64,000 bases of DNA from Haliotis cracherodii (Eukaryota), in NCBI RefSeq assembly GCF_022045235.1, contig NW_027266275.1, positions 76,942,001 to 77,006,000 of the forward strand, read 5' to 3'. The notes under the pieces were generated by a model that was given only the letters and a program-made list of their open reading frames with translations, was not told the origin of the DNA and did no database searches. How positions within the stretch are numbered: position 1 is the first letter of the stretch; each line of letters begins with the position of its first letter. Positions 62,635-64,000 of this stretch are shown in pieces. The translations under genes and the position numbers were made by a program.

Positions 62635-62780
62635 AGATTTCATGCTGCTTTCAGCACTACTCCAGCACTAGCATATTGAAGACACCATAAACAGGTTGCA
62701 CACATTGTACCCATGGAGAATTAAACCTAGGCCTTCAGAATGCAGAAGGATGCTTTAACCACTAGGCTACCCCATCGCCC
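62635..62780 (-). mobile_element. Old degraded tRNA-derived SINE
   Basis: cacacattgtacccat ... tttaaccactaggctacccc. Confidence 0.75.
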
Positions 62781-64000
62781 AGAAAGTCAAGAGTGATAAT
62801 GCTTTGGAGACACGCCAGAGAGCAAAACTGGGATTTGAACACATGACCAGGGGACCCTGGAACAGTTTTGACACACAAAACCCTGAACAGCACATGCATC
62901 AACCTACACCGCTGGGCCAAAAGTCCCTCTCCCTTGGAGAACGGTATAAAGTGGGATGTCAAATTCCTGACTTCATTACTACAAGTACAAGTAGAAGCAT
63001 CACTGACTCATGTGGACAAAATTATACACAATTAGGGAGAGGGACAATTTATTTTACTTAGTTTACAAAAATTGTACGATAAATAAAACAAAACAATTTG
63101 TGTCATTACGAAACAGGAAATGCTGTATGGGATGCCCAAGGTTATGGAAGTGTGGAGTCAACCTACAAAAAGGCCCCTCGTGATCGTTACAGCCCCTACT
63201 TCCTGCTGAGGGCTAGTGTCAGTACAGCACTGGGAATAAAAACAAATCCCAAAGAAACTCAACCATTATTTTCAAAGGACAAAGTTGCCCAGTGGCTTGT
63301 GTTTTCCATGTTCCGTAATTTGACCGCCATTGTTCATTCTTCCTCCCACTTAGATACAGATGCTGTGATGACAAGAGGTCTCCAAGCCGACTCAGCTACT
63401 CATTATGATAATATTATTGACACTGTTATAAAAGCTTGACCAATATGTCAGTGCAAGTTCATGAAGAGCTGAATCGGAAGCAACATAATTACATGATTAC
63501 TTATAATATGTATGCACTGTTCCATAGGCAACAACATTTTTTATATCAAGTTTCACACAAATTAAATTGTGAAACATACACATCTGTCCCTGATGTCAAT
63601 ACCACAAGGAGACAGTGCAAATCAGGCACATTTTAGAATATTTATAAATGCCACTCCTGAAATGTGCATTATCATTTTAAATGAAACCCTGGAACCTATA
63701 CAAGCGACATCTCATGGGAATGCGCTTTTCTTTATTTCTTTTTGAGTTGTGGCTTGCTGTCAATGTCGGAAGATCAATCTCCCTTAACCCAAGAGATTCC
63801 CAGACATGCTGTACAATCCAAATGAATTAAATATTGAACACTGAATATAACATGACATGGTAAGAATTCTTGGAGCCTTTTGAGGGATGTACAATTTTGA
63901 ACAATTCTTGCTCTAACGTTGAGAAGAAAAAAACTATATTATACAGTCAATATTATTGTCAATGACTAATCCAGCAGTATGAGCTTGTGAAGGATCATCA

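Noticed and set aside
43240-64000. D/D-domain exon of PKA-RI
   Set aside because: No IQxxLKxCIV-like peptide found by eye on the minus strand; it presumably lies beyond the window.

Overview
Eukaryotic genomic DNA, about 38-40% GC by eye and CpG-depleted. The repeat families suggest a gastropod mollusc, probably abalone-like (inference). Almost the whole window lies inside one minus-strand gene for the type I regulatory subunit of cAMP-dependent protein kinase (PKA-RI / PRKAR1). Ten GT-AG coding exons (43239 to 2009; 963 nt, 320 aa plus stop) splice in frame and encode the linker with the RRGAV pseudosubstrate and both cAMP-binding domains. The N-terminal dimerisation/docking (D/D) exon was not found and probably lies beyond 64000. 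The introns hold tRNA-derived SINEs with (ACTC)n tails, a V-SINE, a short retroposon with no tRNA head and a predicted pseudoknotted 5' end, a piggyBac-like MITE, long hairpins, an L2-like LINE remnant and many minisatellites. Main observations: (1) candidate intronic first exons and promoters that would give RI isoforms lacking the D/D domain, or lacking both D/D and the inhibitory site; (2) about 14:1 orientation bias of (GAGT)n tracts, which read as 5' splice-site arrays in one orientation; (3) a possible self-cleaving or structured RNA at the fixed 5' end of a retroposon; (4) a minisatellite growing out of a splice donor and extending the exon frame by about 410 codons; (5) a tandem array of Maf-element-like palindromes. 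The long ORFs in the supplied track are repeat artefacts.
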